A DNA stretch of 64,000 bases from Nemertoderma westbladi (GCA_032718475.1 JAUCBJ010008954.1:1-64000); one strand, 5' to 3'. Shown: positions 1-10,443, counted from the stretch's first letter. The notes: generated by a model from the sequence alone, not told the origin. Program-made: numbers and translations.

Positions 1-542
1 ATAGACCCTACATGAGTCAGCCTGTGTTCCTTTTATATGTGACTAAAATCAGTGAAGATTGGCAGATTAGTGTGCAGTATTGTGCAGCATTGTGTATGAG
101 TGAGTCTGTTAAAGAAGCATTCCTAAAGAATGCGCCATATATGTGAATTATAATTAAGCCATATCGTTGTGAGTAGTTTAAGTCATAACTCTGTTTATAT
201 AGATAAAGCGCCACGTCCTAAAGGAACTGTTAATATTCCCGAAGGTGAATAATATTGTCAGAGATTATATAATACTGTCAGTCGAATAATACATTAGGCT
301 TACATAGCAACAAAATTAAACCGTCGAACCCAATCTCCCGGGAATATCCAGCGGGTGAATGGTCGCGCACGGATTGGTTTCGACTAGTGTAGTGAATCAA
401 ATACGTGTCATAGACTAAAAACTGATTTAATATCTAGAAGACATCTTAATTTGGTGGGTTAAACTGCCAAAGGTCTGAAAGCGCGAACACCGTAGCTAAA
501 ATTTAAAAAAACCTATAATTGTACAACAATGATGTAACGTTC

Positions 543-1509
543 CACCACAATGGTGAATCAATGACCCACATTGTTGTATAATTGACCCACAATGGTGTCA
601 TTGACCCACAATGTTGTATAATTGACCCAAAATGTTGTATAATTGACCCACAATGTTGTATAATTGACCCACAATGGTATCATTGACCCACAATGGTATC
701 ATTGACCCACAATGGTATCATTGACCCACATTGTTGTATAATTGACCCACATGGTTGTATAATTGACCCACATGGTTGTATAATTGACCCACATTGTTGT
801 ATAATTGACCCACATTGTTGTATAATTGACCCACAATGTTGTATAATTGACCCACAATGGTATCATTGACCCACAATGATATCATTGACCCACAATGGTA
901 TCATTGACCCACATTGTTGTATAATTGACCCACATGGTTGTATAATTGACCCACATTGTTGTATAATTGACCCACATTTGTGTATAATTGAATGGTGTAT
1001 AATTGAAACACCATAGTGTATGATTGACCCACAATGGTGAATAATTGACCCACAATTATGTATAATTGACCGACAAGGGTGTATAATTGACCCACACTGT
1101 TGTATAATTGACCCATAGTGGTGTATAATTGGCCCACAATGTGTATAATTGATCCACTTGACTCACAATGGTGTATAATTGACCCACAATGGTGTATAAT
1201 TGACCCAGTGTGTATAATTGACCCACTTGACCCACAGTGGTGTATAATTGACCCACAATGGTGTATAATTTACCCACAATGGTATATCAATGACCCACAT
1301 TGTTGTATAATTACCCCACATTGTTGTATAATTGACCCACAATGGTGTATCAATGACCCACATTGTTGTATAATTGACCCACAATGGTGTATCATTGACC
1401 CACATTGTTGTATAATTGACCCACAATGGTGTATCACTGACCCACATTGTTGTATAATTGACCCACAATGGTGTATCAATGACCCACAATGGTGTATAAT
1501 TGACCCACA
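543..1509. repeat. 21-bp satellite (TTGACCCACA[AT]TG[GT]TGTATAA), left part
   Basis: Direct tandem periodicity of 21 bp, with some 19-bp variants. The same family resumes at 10519. Confidence 0.97.
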
Positions 1510-1678
1510 AAAAAAAGCACGCAAACAGTCGGCCGAAGCCGGAGGCGACCCGAAGGCTCCTCTTTCGATAGCTGCTACCCGAGGGTAGGGGTGGGCGCTA
1601 CTCCTATCCCAAGATTTGCTCCCAGTTATTTAACTGGTACTCATTTTATCGACCCCAGTGGATGAAAGGCTGAGTGGA
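1509..1678 (-). mobile_element. tRNA-derived SINE, body and 3' tail (split by the LTR element)
   Basis: Minus strand reads TCCAC-TCAGCCTTTCATCCACTGGGGTCGATAAAATGAGTACCAG...CCTTCGGGTCGCC...T-run. It joins the tRNA-like head at 10444-10517 once the LTR element and one GTGGA are removed. The central motif resembles the Meta/MESC SINE core as I recall it (unverified). Confidence 0.75.
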
Positions 1679-2219
1679 TATTAGCTTATTCAATCCCGCC
1701 AACACCCCATAAAGTTATAAGCCGATAAGCAATATTGGGAGCCACGAGATTGGGCAATTAACCAACTCGTGCCATCCCAATAAGAGTGGGAAGGAAGCAC
1801 ACAATAGAGGGTCAGGGGCCAAACCCCTAACCCAGAGAGAACAGGTGGAGTGAACGGGAATACTCCACGGGGCGCCAACAAGGGTATTAACCAATCAGAG
1901 GGGGGAAAGGCATCGATTGAGTAGCAGTAAGGCCACCGTGCAATATAACCAATAACCTATTAATCAGTGATTCAGTTATCTCAGTGTAGCAGTGCTAGCG
2001 TAGGTTAGTAGTCAATTAGTTTAGTTAGGGGATCACGGGACTTTAGTTACCGTATCCCGCCTTGTACACATTATATCTATATCTATATCCTATGCCCTAT
2101 TATTATTATACACCGAACTTCAGAACTCAGTTACTTTATTTCACCCTTATACACGGCGGGGACGCGTGGACTAAATTACCACATCGGATAAATCGGGATC
2201 CCTCCTGGATCCCGTCACA
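1679..2219 (+). repeat. 5' LTR (541 bp)
   Basis: TA(TG)...CA. Matches 9925-10443 except ~3 substitutions and a 22-bp indel. TATAA at 1944 and TCAGT initiator-like motifs at 1964-1985. Confidence 0.95.
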
Positions 2220-2299
2220 GTAACTAAATCCGAGCTGCCGCCCCAGTTAAACTCTAAGAACTACACTGCTAGCTAGCCGAACTCCACCGACCAGACGAG

Positions 2300-3685
2300 A
2301 TGAGTGAATCGGGCGAGACACCGACGCGGACCCCGGACGAAGATCAAACGATCCGCGAGGCCGCGACCAAGCGATACAGGCCCACGACGCCAGAGCCATC
2401 GATAACGGGCGAACCGGAAGTCCAGAACGAGGAGAGTCTGGAACCCGAAGTCGAGCCAAGAGAGAAAGGGAGCGAGATGTAGGGAGATGGAGACGAGTCG
2501 ACACGAGACGGAGAACGGCGCGCCGACGTCGCCGGCCAGCTACCGGCCGAGGGCGACGAGCGGCCCACCGAAACGGCGATGGCGGGGCCGACGGTGCGAC
2601 GCCGGACGCGAAGAGACGGAGGAGAGATCGGTACCGATGTCGCCGGCCAGCTACAGGCCGAGGGCGACGGACGGCCCACCGGAACGGCGACGGTGGAGCC
2701 GCCGGTACGACGTCGAACCCGGAGGGACGGAGGAAAAGTCGGCGAGGAGGACGTCAGGGTCTCTGAGCGACTTCGACGAGCCTACATCGCGGCCCGGAGG
2801 ATGCTAAAGGATGCCAAAAAGGAAGGGGCGAAGGTAGACGAGGTGAGACTGAGAAAGCGACTAGGTGAGTCGGATAGACACTTTAATTATCTAATACGTT
2901 TTGGGCAGAGAGAACTAGCCGAAACGAGAGCACATGAGATTGCCGGGGAACTGTTTGAACTATGGGAATGTGGGAGTATGGAACCTAGCGTAGCGTCAGT
3001 GTACATAGGGCCATACTTGGTCGATGCCCGGGGAGTAAAACCAGTAGGTTGGAGGGGACTCGAAGGGGGCGAATCCGAGGTTAACCCCGAGGATTCGGCC
3101 TCGTCGGTCGGAGAAAGCTCCGGGAAGCGGGGGAAAGTCAGTAGGTCGGGAAGGCGGGGGAAATCCGTCGTAACCGATAAGTCTGTTACATCCTCCGCGA
3201 AAGAAAGAGCGGTGAGAGAAATAGGTGCCGCATATCGTCTCAGCATGGCAGAGCAAGGTCATAGAGAAATGAAGGAATGGCTAGAGGAAGGGAGAGTGCG
3301 GTTAGAGAGGGAAACGGCATTGCTTAAAGAAACCGGAGAGAGGGCCGAAAGGGCTTTGAAAAGCCTAAGGGAGTATGATGAGATAGAGGAAAGGGAGTGT
3401 AGGGAGCGTGAGGCGAGAGAGGAAAGGGAACGCAAGGAGCGTGAGGCAAGGGAGGAAAGGGAACGCAAGGAGCGTGAGGCGGAACGCAAGGAGCGTGAGG
3501 CGAGAGAGGAAAGGGAACGCAAGGAGCGTGAGGCAAGGGAGGAAAGGGAACGCAAGGAGCGTGAGGCGGAACGCAAGGAGCGTGAGGCAAGGGAGGAAAA
3601 GGAACGCAAGGAGCGCGAAGTGAGACGAAGGGAGAGCATTAAGAGTGCTGCAGAGTCGGCCATCAGGGACACCCAGGAGCAATAG
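2300..3685 (+). pseudogene. gag: gag N-terminal remnant (charged coiled-coil region)
   Basis: ORFs 2300-2482 and 2579-3685 share a frame, separated by a TAG at 2480. EREAREERERK repeats at ~3400-3625. The Gag core and zinc knuckles are missing. Confidence 0.7.
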
Positions 3686-4324
3686 AGAAATACGGTTGAG
3701 GAGATACTGGAAACAGGGCGCGAGGTTCGCGACATCCTGAAAGGATCCGGCTTCAACCTGACCAAATTCCAATCCAGTTCAGAAGAATTTATCAAGGCAA
3801 TAGAGGACAAGAAACCAGAATCGACCATGGACAACCCTACAACAGCCAAAGGACAGGACATGGCGAATAAGAGAACACAATCTCAGCAAAAGGCGTTGGG
3901 AATCGTGTGGGATAGAGGAACAGACGAACTGAAGTATCAGCTGAGCCAGGAGGGCGCAGACACCCATACGAAGAGGGGTTATGTATCGTATATAGCAAGG
4001 ATATACGATCCCCTAGGCCTAGCATCCCCATTACTAGTCACGGGGAAACAGATACTCAAGAGAGTATATAAATTGAAGGATGAGTGGGACGTAGAGGTAC
4101 CAGAGGACATCAAGAAACAGTGGAGCAAATGGACAGGAGACTTGGAGAGGATGGGAACATACAACATGCCGCGAGTGTATTTTCCGGACGGGAACATGAC
4201 GAATCTGGACCTACATATGTTCTCCGACGCGTCGTTAGAGGCATACGGAGCGGCACTCTATTTAGTACAACGAGAGGGGGCTCACAAGCCCAGACTAGCC
4301 TTTAGCGAAGAGCAGCTTTTTTAG
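3686..4324 (+). pseudogene. pol: pol remnant: end of RT plus Pao Peptidase_A17/RNase H N-terminal region
   Basis: Same frame as gag. Starts RNTVEEILETGREVRDILKGSGFNLTKFQSS, the segment just after YVDD in BEL RTs, then LGIVWD, YDPLG, HMFSDAS. Protease and RT catalytic core are absent. Confidence 0.88.
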
Positions 4325-4367
4325 GAGCTGCTTTAGACGAGCGAAGAAGGAACGAGCCGTACAGGAG

Positions 4368-5327
4368 ATGGCGCCACTACCGGCGAGTAGGGTAAGACAG
4401 CACGACCCGCCATTTACGCATTGCGGTGTGGACATGTTCGGGCCGATAAAGATCAAGGTGATGCGACACACGGAGAAACGCTACGGTATTATCTTCGTAT
4501 GCAACAATACGCGGGCGGTAGGGATAGAACTCGCCCAAGATGCAACCGCATCAGCATTCATTAACGCCTTAGAAAGGTTTAGGGACCGCAAAGGTGGGAC
4601 GATCGCAGTGATATACAGCGACAACGGCACCAACTTTGTGGGCGCAGAGAGTGAGATGGCAGAGGCCTTGGACATCTTGGAGGGAGAAGAAGTCAGGGCA
4701 GCCATGAGGAGACGACAAGTAAAGTGGGAGAGAAGGACGCCGTATGCACCACATACACTAGGATGCGTCGAGAGACTGGTGGGCAGTTCAAAGCGTCTAA
4801 TGACGAAGTTAATGAACACCCACATGGTCACTGAGGACGTTTTACGGACAGTACTTGCGAAGTGCAAGGGGATCATTAATAGCAGACCGCTATATCCGGA
4901 GAATGATGACCCTGAGTCGTTAGACGTGTTGACGCCTAGCCATTTTCTGATGGAAAGGCCAGCGACCATCGATATGCGGGGTGTAGACCCAGATGACATA
5001 CACTCCCGCCAAAGTTGGAAAGTCGCTAAAGCAATAAGCGCAGAGTATTGGAGGAGGTGGGTAGAAGAATACCTACCCACGCTCCATAAGCGAAGCAAGT
5101 GGAGGAAACCGAATCGGGAGTTAAAAGTAGGAGATCTCGTAATCGTTACGGATGATACTATCATCAACAACCAGTGGCGGTTGGCGAGAGTTGTAGGCAC
5201 CTACTCCGACGAGGACGGAAGAGTCCGATCGGTAGAAGTGCGGATAGGTGGAAAGATAGGTGCGAAAGACAGAAAAACCTACAGGAGAGCAGTAGGTAAA
5301 TGCTGTCTTCTAGAAGGGGCACCTTAA
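4368..5327 (+). CDS. pol: BEL/Pao integrase core plus C-terminal DUF5641-like region (pol remnant)
   Basis: DDE residues in GVDMFGP, SDNGTNF and GCVERLV, then INSRPL, LTPSHFL, W..EYL and D.DGRVRSVEV. Frameshifted relative to upstream pol; the HHCC finger is largely deleted. Confidence 0.92.
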   Translation: MAPLPASRVRQHDPPFTHCGVDMFGPIKIKVMRHTEKRYGIIFVCNNTRAVGIELAQDATASAFINALERFRDRKGGTIAVIYSDNGTNFVGAESEMAEALDILEGEEVRAAMRRRQVKWERRTPYAPHTLGCVERLVGSSKRLMTKLMNTHMVTEDVLRTVLAKCKGIINSRPLYPENDDPESLDVLTPSHFLMERPATIDMRGVDPDDIHSRQSWKVAKAISAEYWRRWVEEYLPTLHKRSKWRKPNRELKVGDLVIVTDDTIINNQWRLARVVGTYSDEDGRVRSVEVRIGGKIGAKDRKTYRRAVGKCCLLEGAP

Positions 5328-5436
5328 ATTGGAGTTAGAGTGGAGTTTAGTCGTCCAAGTTTTGGACTGAGGGGGGTGGGATTGAGGGCGAGACGCCCTT
5401 CCCACACAAATAAAAATAAAAATAAAATAAAAATAA

Positions 5437-6225
5437 TAGTTAGTTAGTTAGTAGGTACGTAGTACCTAGAGTTAGTTAGTTAGTTAGTAGGTACGTAGTG
5501 CCTAGAGTTAGAGAGTTAGTAGGTACGTAGTACCTAGAGTTAGTTAGTTAGTAGGTACGTAGTGCCTAGAGTTAGAGAGTTAGTAGGTACGTAGTGCCTA
5601 GAGTTAGTTAGTTAGTAGGTACGTAGTACCTAGTTAGAGTTAGAGGGTACGTAGTACCAATAGTTAGTTAGAGTTAGTAGGTACGTAGTACCTAGTTAGA
5701 GTTAGAGTTAGTAGGTACGTAGTACCTAGTTAGAGTTAGAGGGTACGTAGTACCGATAGTTAGAGAGTTAGAGGGTACGTAGTACCGTTAGTTAGAGTTA
5801 GAGTTAGAGGGTACGTAGTACCAATAGTTAGTTAGAGTTAGTAGGTACGTAGTACCTAGTTAGAGTTAGAGTTAGTAGGTACGTAGTACCTAGTTAGAGT
5901 TAGAGTTAGAGGGTACGTAGTACCAATAGTTAGTTAGAGTTAGTAGGTATGTAGTACCTAGTTAGAGTTAGAGTTAGTAGGTACGTAGTACCTAGTTAGA
6001 GTTAGAGTTAGAGGGTACGTAGTACCGATAGTTAGAGAGTTAATAGGTACGTAGTACCTAGTTAGAGTTAGAGGGTACGTAGTACCAATAGTTAGTTAGA
6101 GTTAGTAGGTACGTAGTACCTAGTTAGAGTTAGTAGGTACGTAGTACCTAGTTAGAGTTAGAGTTAGTAGGTACGTAGTACCTAGTTAGAGTTAGAGTTA
6201 GGGGGTACGTAGTACCATTAGTTAG
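5437..6225 (+). repeat. Array of 24 GGTAC-GTA-GTACC hairpin units separated by variable (TTAG/TTAGAG)n spacers
   Basis: Counted by eye. Period ~28-36 bp. Lies between pol and the extra ORF inside the LTR element. Confidence 0.92.
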
Positions 6226-6723
6226 AGAGAGAGAGTGAGAGGTAAAAGGGGTAAATAGGATATAGATATTAGTTAGCAGTAAGTAGAGTTAGTAGCGAGA
6301 GGGGGGCATATGAGTACAGCTGGATAAATCGTGTGGCCACACGACGCATACTGCTGTACTACATGGGCCCACAGAGTAGGCCAGAATATGGATCAGAGAA
6401 TAGAATAAACCCATAGGCAGTAGTAGGTAGTAGGACAGTAGAATCAAAGCAAACAAACAAATAAATAGAATAGGGCTAAAATCGTAAAATAGTGGCAACA
6501 CAAGGAAAGTCGTTCTAGAACATAATAAAAGTAACGGACGGAAATTGTAAATTAGGCTGATTTACTAGCTCCGAAATTAATTAGGTTAAATTTAGCTTGA
6601 AAGGCGCAATTAAGTAGAAAGTAGGCCATTATCGAACTGTACGAAACATCTTAAATACTTCACTCATCTGTATTGCGCCTTGGTAAGGTACCACCCTGCA
6701 GGTGAGCGAGTGTAGTGTTCGGA

Positions 6724-9258
6724 ATGGCGAGTAAGCTGATCAGGAAGAGAAAGGCGGAGTCAGGAGGAAAAGAAATATTGGTGGATTTCACCGAAAGACA
6801 CCCGGAAGAGAAGACGAGAGGATACTACGAGAGGTTGGAAAGGGGTCACGCGGCACGAGCGCTGCAGGATCACTTCCGGGAGGCGCACGAACAGCGGTTG
6901 GTCGGGACCTACGGGACCCCGTCGCTGGACAACGCGATCTTCCAACACTTCCACTACGTGGTGAAAGGGGACGAGGCGAAGTTCGGGATTCCGAAGTATC
7001 CGAGGGAATCGCCGAGGAAGGACTGGAAAAGATTCATAGAGTCCGTCAACAGAGGAGGATATATGATCCTAGATGACGAGGGAACCGTGGAAGACGAAGC
7101 GGGTTCGAGACGAGGAACGGCAGGGTCGGCCAGGACCATACTCCTACATTTGGCCACGCCAAATGGGGACATCTTCTTATTCGACCTAGGGACGTATGGG
7201 AAGAAGGACGGGCCGAAATTAGACCGATTGCCGAAAGCGGTACAAGTGTTAGTAAGAGAGAAGTCGACGACGAAAGTGGGATCGGCGATTCGCGAGGACG
7301 CGGAGAGGATCATCGGTCTGGACGCCACCAACCTCCTGGATATGCAGAAAGTCTTTATGGCTATGACGGCACCGGATGGATTGGGGGTAGTCGAAAACAC
7401 AGGCCAATGCGGGGCTGTGGCGATGGGCCAATTATTGGGGCTGGTATGCCACAAACCGATGGACTGGGGAAAGTTTAGGGAAGAATACGGGGCAGAACTA
7501 GCGAACTCGCTGAAGTGGGGAGCGAGACCGGGAAAGCAGGAGGTATATCAGTTTCGCAGAGGAGCGATAAAGGTATATCAGAAGCGATATATCCTGCAGG
7601 AGGACTGGATGATGATAAGTTTGCTTAACTTATTCATGACCGTAGTTATCGAAAGGGAACCAGGGGCATTTCTGTTATCGGGATCACCCCTAAGCTACAG
7701 GAGAGCCTTTAAGACGGCCTTTGACGGTCTGGTAGACCACCCGGGGCTGAAGGGCGAGTCGGTGTACTACAACAGCCGACATCTGGTAGACGGGGAGACA
7801 GATACACCGTATCAGAGATGGGAGCAGCTAGAGGCGGACAGACGAGAAGCAAAGCGACTGGAAGAAGTCGCTAGACGGGAGAGGATAGAAGCAGAGGAGA
7901 GGGAAGAGGAGGCCAGGGCACAGAGTTACGGCTTCGAGGAACAGGCGGGCCTAGACGAACTTCATTGGACTTCGTCAGGGAGTTCGGGGGAGTCTCTAGG
8001 GCGAGAATTGGGATGGATGGTGGGATCGCCGAAACAGTCGACGTCGGGGTTGCAAACGATGCCCATACCAGCGGGCGCCGAGGGCGACCAACCGCCAAGG
8101 AAGTTAAGGGAGCTAGAGGGATGGAGAGCTACGGGCGAGAGTCAAGGCGGGAAGGGACATAGTGGATCCATCGGGATACCGGGATTGGAGACACTACCAG
8201 AAGAGGAGGACGGCGACGACGAGTTCGGAGAGATGCCGCCCATCGAGAGGATAGGCCACTCGGACACAGACTGGGTTGGCGGAAGGGTGGTGACAGCCAG
8301 TGGGGCGAGGGCCTTCTGGAACAGATCCAGCAAGCGGACCTGGGTGCACGAGGAGCCGGCGATGGATTTCGCGGGGAGCACCATCAGGTTGGGCGAGCAA
8401 CCGGGAACGGCACCACGGATAGTATTCGGGGAGACGATGCCCGAGAGGGGCGGAGAGATAGACGTAAACAGGGAGAGCAACGTAGAGAAGTTCGCCTACC
8501 AGCGACTCCATAGACCGCGGAGATCGCTTGGGACGAAAGACGAGGTGGGACGGGAGACATTGGTACTCGGCTGCGACTACTGTGGGAGACAGACCCATCA
8601 GGAAAGCAGCTGCCTATACCGGTTCCAACGGGGAACCTTTTGTCTCTACTGTAGAGAACCAAGCCACAGGATGGGGGCGTGTCCACGGTTGCATAACCGA
8701 TGTCCAAAGTGCCACTTTCGGGGACACTACGGGCGCGAGTGCGACTGGATGAGCGACGAGGAGAAGTTCACAAGATTCGAGGAGTGGGCCGACGTCGGGG
8801 CCATGACGCGCCAGCGCATGAAGGCCCAAGAGTTCAAGTGGGGTTTCTTCCTCATAAACCAGGAGACCCACATGGAAATCATAAAGCGAAGGTTACCGTT
8901 TACCTATCAAGAGGTAGCAACGGCGGCATCGTTCGCCGGAGTTATGAACACGCAACGGTACCTGGACAGGTGGACACCAGAGAACCGGAGGGAGTTTAGG
9001 GATTTCTTGGCGGAACACGTACCAAAGGCAATGAAAATGATCCTATGGGACGCCACACGAGGGAGACAACCAGGCCATTCTGAGGGGCCACCGGCGAAGC
9101 GGTATCGGGCATTAATAACACCAGCGCCCAAGGAGCCAACGACCGGGATCAGCAAGGAAGTGGCGGCGAAGGTCCGGAAGCAGAAAGCGGATGATGCCAG
9201 AGGAACGGTGATAACCAAGAAACGGGCCAGGGAAGAGGACGTGAGGAGGAACAGATAA
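6724..9258 (+). CDS. Extra retrotransposon ORF (844 aa): DEDDy (WRN/EXD/Mut-7-like) 3'-5' exonuclease, coiled coil and 3 CCHC zinc knuckles
   Basis: Uninterrupted ORF. ExoI-like ILDDEG (7066-7083), LLHLATPNGDIFLFDL, ExoII-like KVGSAIREDAERI, NLLDMQ and ExoIII-like YQKRYILQED. Three CX2CX4HX4C motifs at 8572-8742. Confidence 0.8.
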   Translation: MASKLIRKRKAESGGKEILVDFTERHPEEKTRGYYERLERGHAARALQDHFREAHEQRLVGTYGTPSLDNAIFQHFHYVVKGDEAKFGIPKYPRESPRKDWKRFIESVNRGGYMILDDEGTVEDEAGSRRGTAGSARTILLHLATPNGDIFLFDLGTYGKKDGPKLDRLPKAVQVLVREKSTTKVGSAIREDAERIIGLDATNLLDMQKVFMAMTAPDGLGVVENTGQCGAVAMGQLLGLVCHKPMDWGKFREEYGAELANSLKWGARPGKQEVYQFRRGAIKVYQKRYILQEDWMMISLLNLFMTVVIEREPGAFLLSGSPLSYRRAFKTAFDGLVDHPGLKGESVYYNSRHLVDGETDTPYQRWEQLEADRREAKRLEEVARRERIEAEEREEEARAQSYGFEEQAGLDELHWTSSGSSGESLGRELGWMVGSPKQSTSGLQTMPIPAGAEGDQPPRKLRELEGWRATGESQGGKGHSGSIGIPGLETLPEEEDGDDEFGEMPPIERIGHSDTDWVGGRVVTASGARAFWNRSSKRTWVHEEPAMDFAGSTIRLGEQPGTAPRIVFGETMPERGGEIDVNRESNVEKFAYQRLHRPRRSLGTKDEVGRETLVLGCDYCGRQTHQESSCLYRFQRGTFCLYCREPSHRMGACPRLHNRCPKCHFRGHYGRECDWMSDEEKFTRFEEWADVGAMTRQRMKAQEFKWGFFLINQETHMEIIKRRLPFTYQEVATAASFAGVMNTQRYLDRWTPENRREFRDFLAEHVPKAMKMILWDATRGRQPGHSEGPPAKRYRALITPAPKEPTTGISKEVAAKVRKQKADDARGTVITKKRAREEDVRRNR

Positions 9259-9915
9259 GTTCCCAGATACGAGGGAGTGAGACTGAGACTGGGACGTGGT
9301 GCGCCTGGAAGGCGCCGCATGGAACGTACGAACTATTAAATACAAATTTAATTAATGCAAATAATCATATAAGTGCAATTTGTATGTACGTACGTAGTAA
9401 TTAGCAGTAAAATACACGATCGGAGTAAGTACTATAGTCATACAACCTTTCTCAACTAGCTAGTGGGACTGTGACAATTTCACACTTCTTGAGTGCGACG
9501 GCACGAGAGGGGGGGGAGATTCGTCAGAAGGGAAGAGACAGTCGAAGTGAGGTTGAGGGACGGAGTAATAGTGCGGAGTGCGGAGAGAGTGCCGATGCAA
9601 TTCCAGTGTGGGGGGGGGAGAATAAGAGGCTGAGTAAGGGACGAGGAGGTCCGAATGTGAGAGAGTTAGGGCGAGAGTGAAGGTGAGATAGGGCGAAAAT
9701 GTTGGGGAAACAAAAGTTGCGTGGGAGGTGAGCGCGATCGGCCCGACATGAGACGCCAGGCACACAGGGTAGCGTCATCATACCCATAGGGGGCGGCCTG
9801 GAAAGCCGACCCCGAGAGAAAAGAATTCCACCCCACACCCGATACTAGATCGGGATCCAGCGGGATTGTAACGCACTTTTAGGTTGATGCTATCTTCTTA
9901 CCGGGAAGATAGCAT

Positions 9916-9924
9916 GGGGGGGAG
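9916..9924 (+). other. Polypurine tract
   Basis: GGGGGGGAG immediately before the TG of the 3' LTR. Confidence 0.85.
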
Positions 9925-10443
9925 TGTTAGCTTATTCAATCCCGCCAACACCCTATAAAGTTATAAGCCGATAAGCAATATTGGGAGCCACGAGATTGGG
10001 CAATTAACCAACTCGTGCCATCCCAATAAGAGTGGGAAGGAAGCACACAATAGAGGGTCAGGGGCCAAACCCCTAACCCAGAGAGAACAGGTGGAGTGAA
10101 CGGGAATACTCCACGGGGCGCCAACAAGGGTATTAACCAATCAGAGGGGGGAAAGGCATCGATTGAGTAGCAGTAAGGCCACCGTGCAATATAACCAATA
10201 ACCTATTAATCAGTGATTCAGTTATCTCAGTGTAGCAGTGCTAGCGTAGGTTAGTAGTCAATTAGTTTAGTTAGGGGATCACGGGACTTTAGTTACCGTA
10301 TCCCGCCTTGTACACATTATATCTATATCTATATCCTATGCCCTATTATTATTATACACCGAACTTCAGAACTCAGTTACTTTATTTCACCCTTATACAC
10401 GGCGGGGACGTGTGGACTAAATTACCACATGGATCCCGTCACA
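9925..10443 (+). repeat. 3' LTR (519 bp)
   Basis: TG...CA, followed by the TSD GTGGA. Confidence 0.95.

Larger units (their letters stand above)
1679..10443 (+). mobile_element. BEL/Pao LTR retrotransposon, internally deleted, with an additional ORF
   Basis: Paired LTRs, 5-bp TSD GTGGA (1674-1678 and 10444-10448) and a PPT at 9916-9924. BEL/Pao-type pol motifs: ALGIVWD, TKRGYVSYIARIYDPLGL, LHMFSDASLEAYG, GVDMFGP, YSDNGTNFVGA, LTPSHFL, YWRRWVEEYLPTL. Confidence 0.95.

Noticed and set aside
901-1588. CIIDPQW / WVNYTT repeat ORFs (also 10422-12255)
   Set aside because: Translations of the 21-bp satellite; open in several frames and interrupted by TE insertions.
5437-6225. CRISPR array or telomeric repeat
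   Set aside because: Spacers are low-complexity TTAG variants rather than unique sequences, there are no cas genes, and the context is eukaryotic. There is no sustained TTAGG/TTAGGG run.
6724-9258. env gene call for the extra ORF
   Set aside because: No signal peptide or C-terminal transmembrane anchor is visible; nuclease and zinc-knuckle motifs are present instead.
2247-9838. Many minus-strand ORFs across the LTR element
   Set aside because: Antisense shadows of purine-rich coding sequence with no recognisable motifs.
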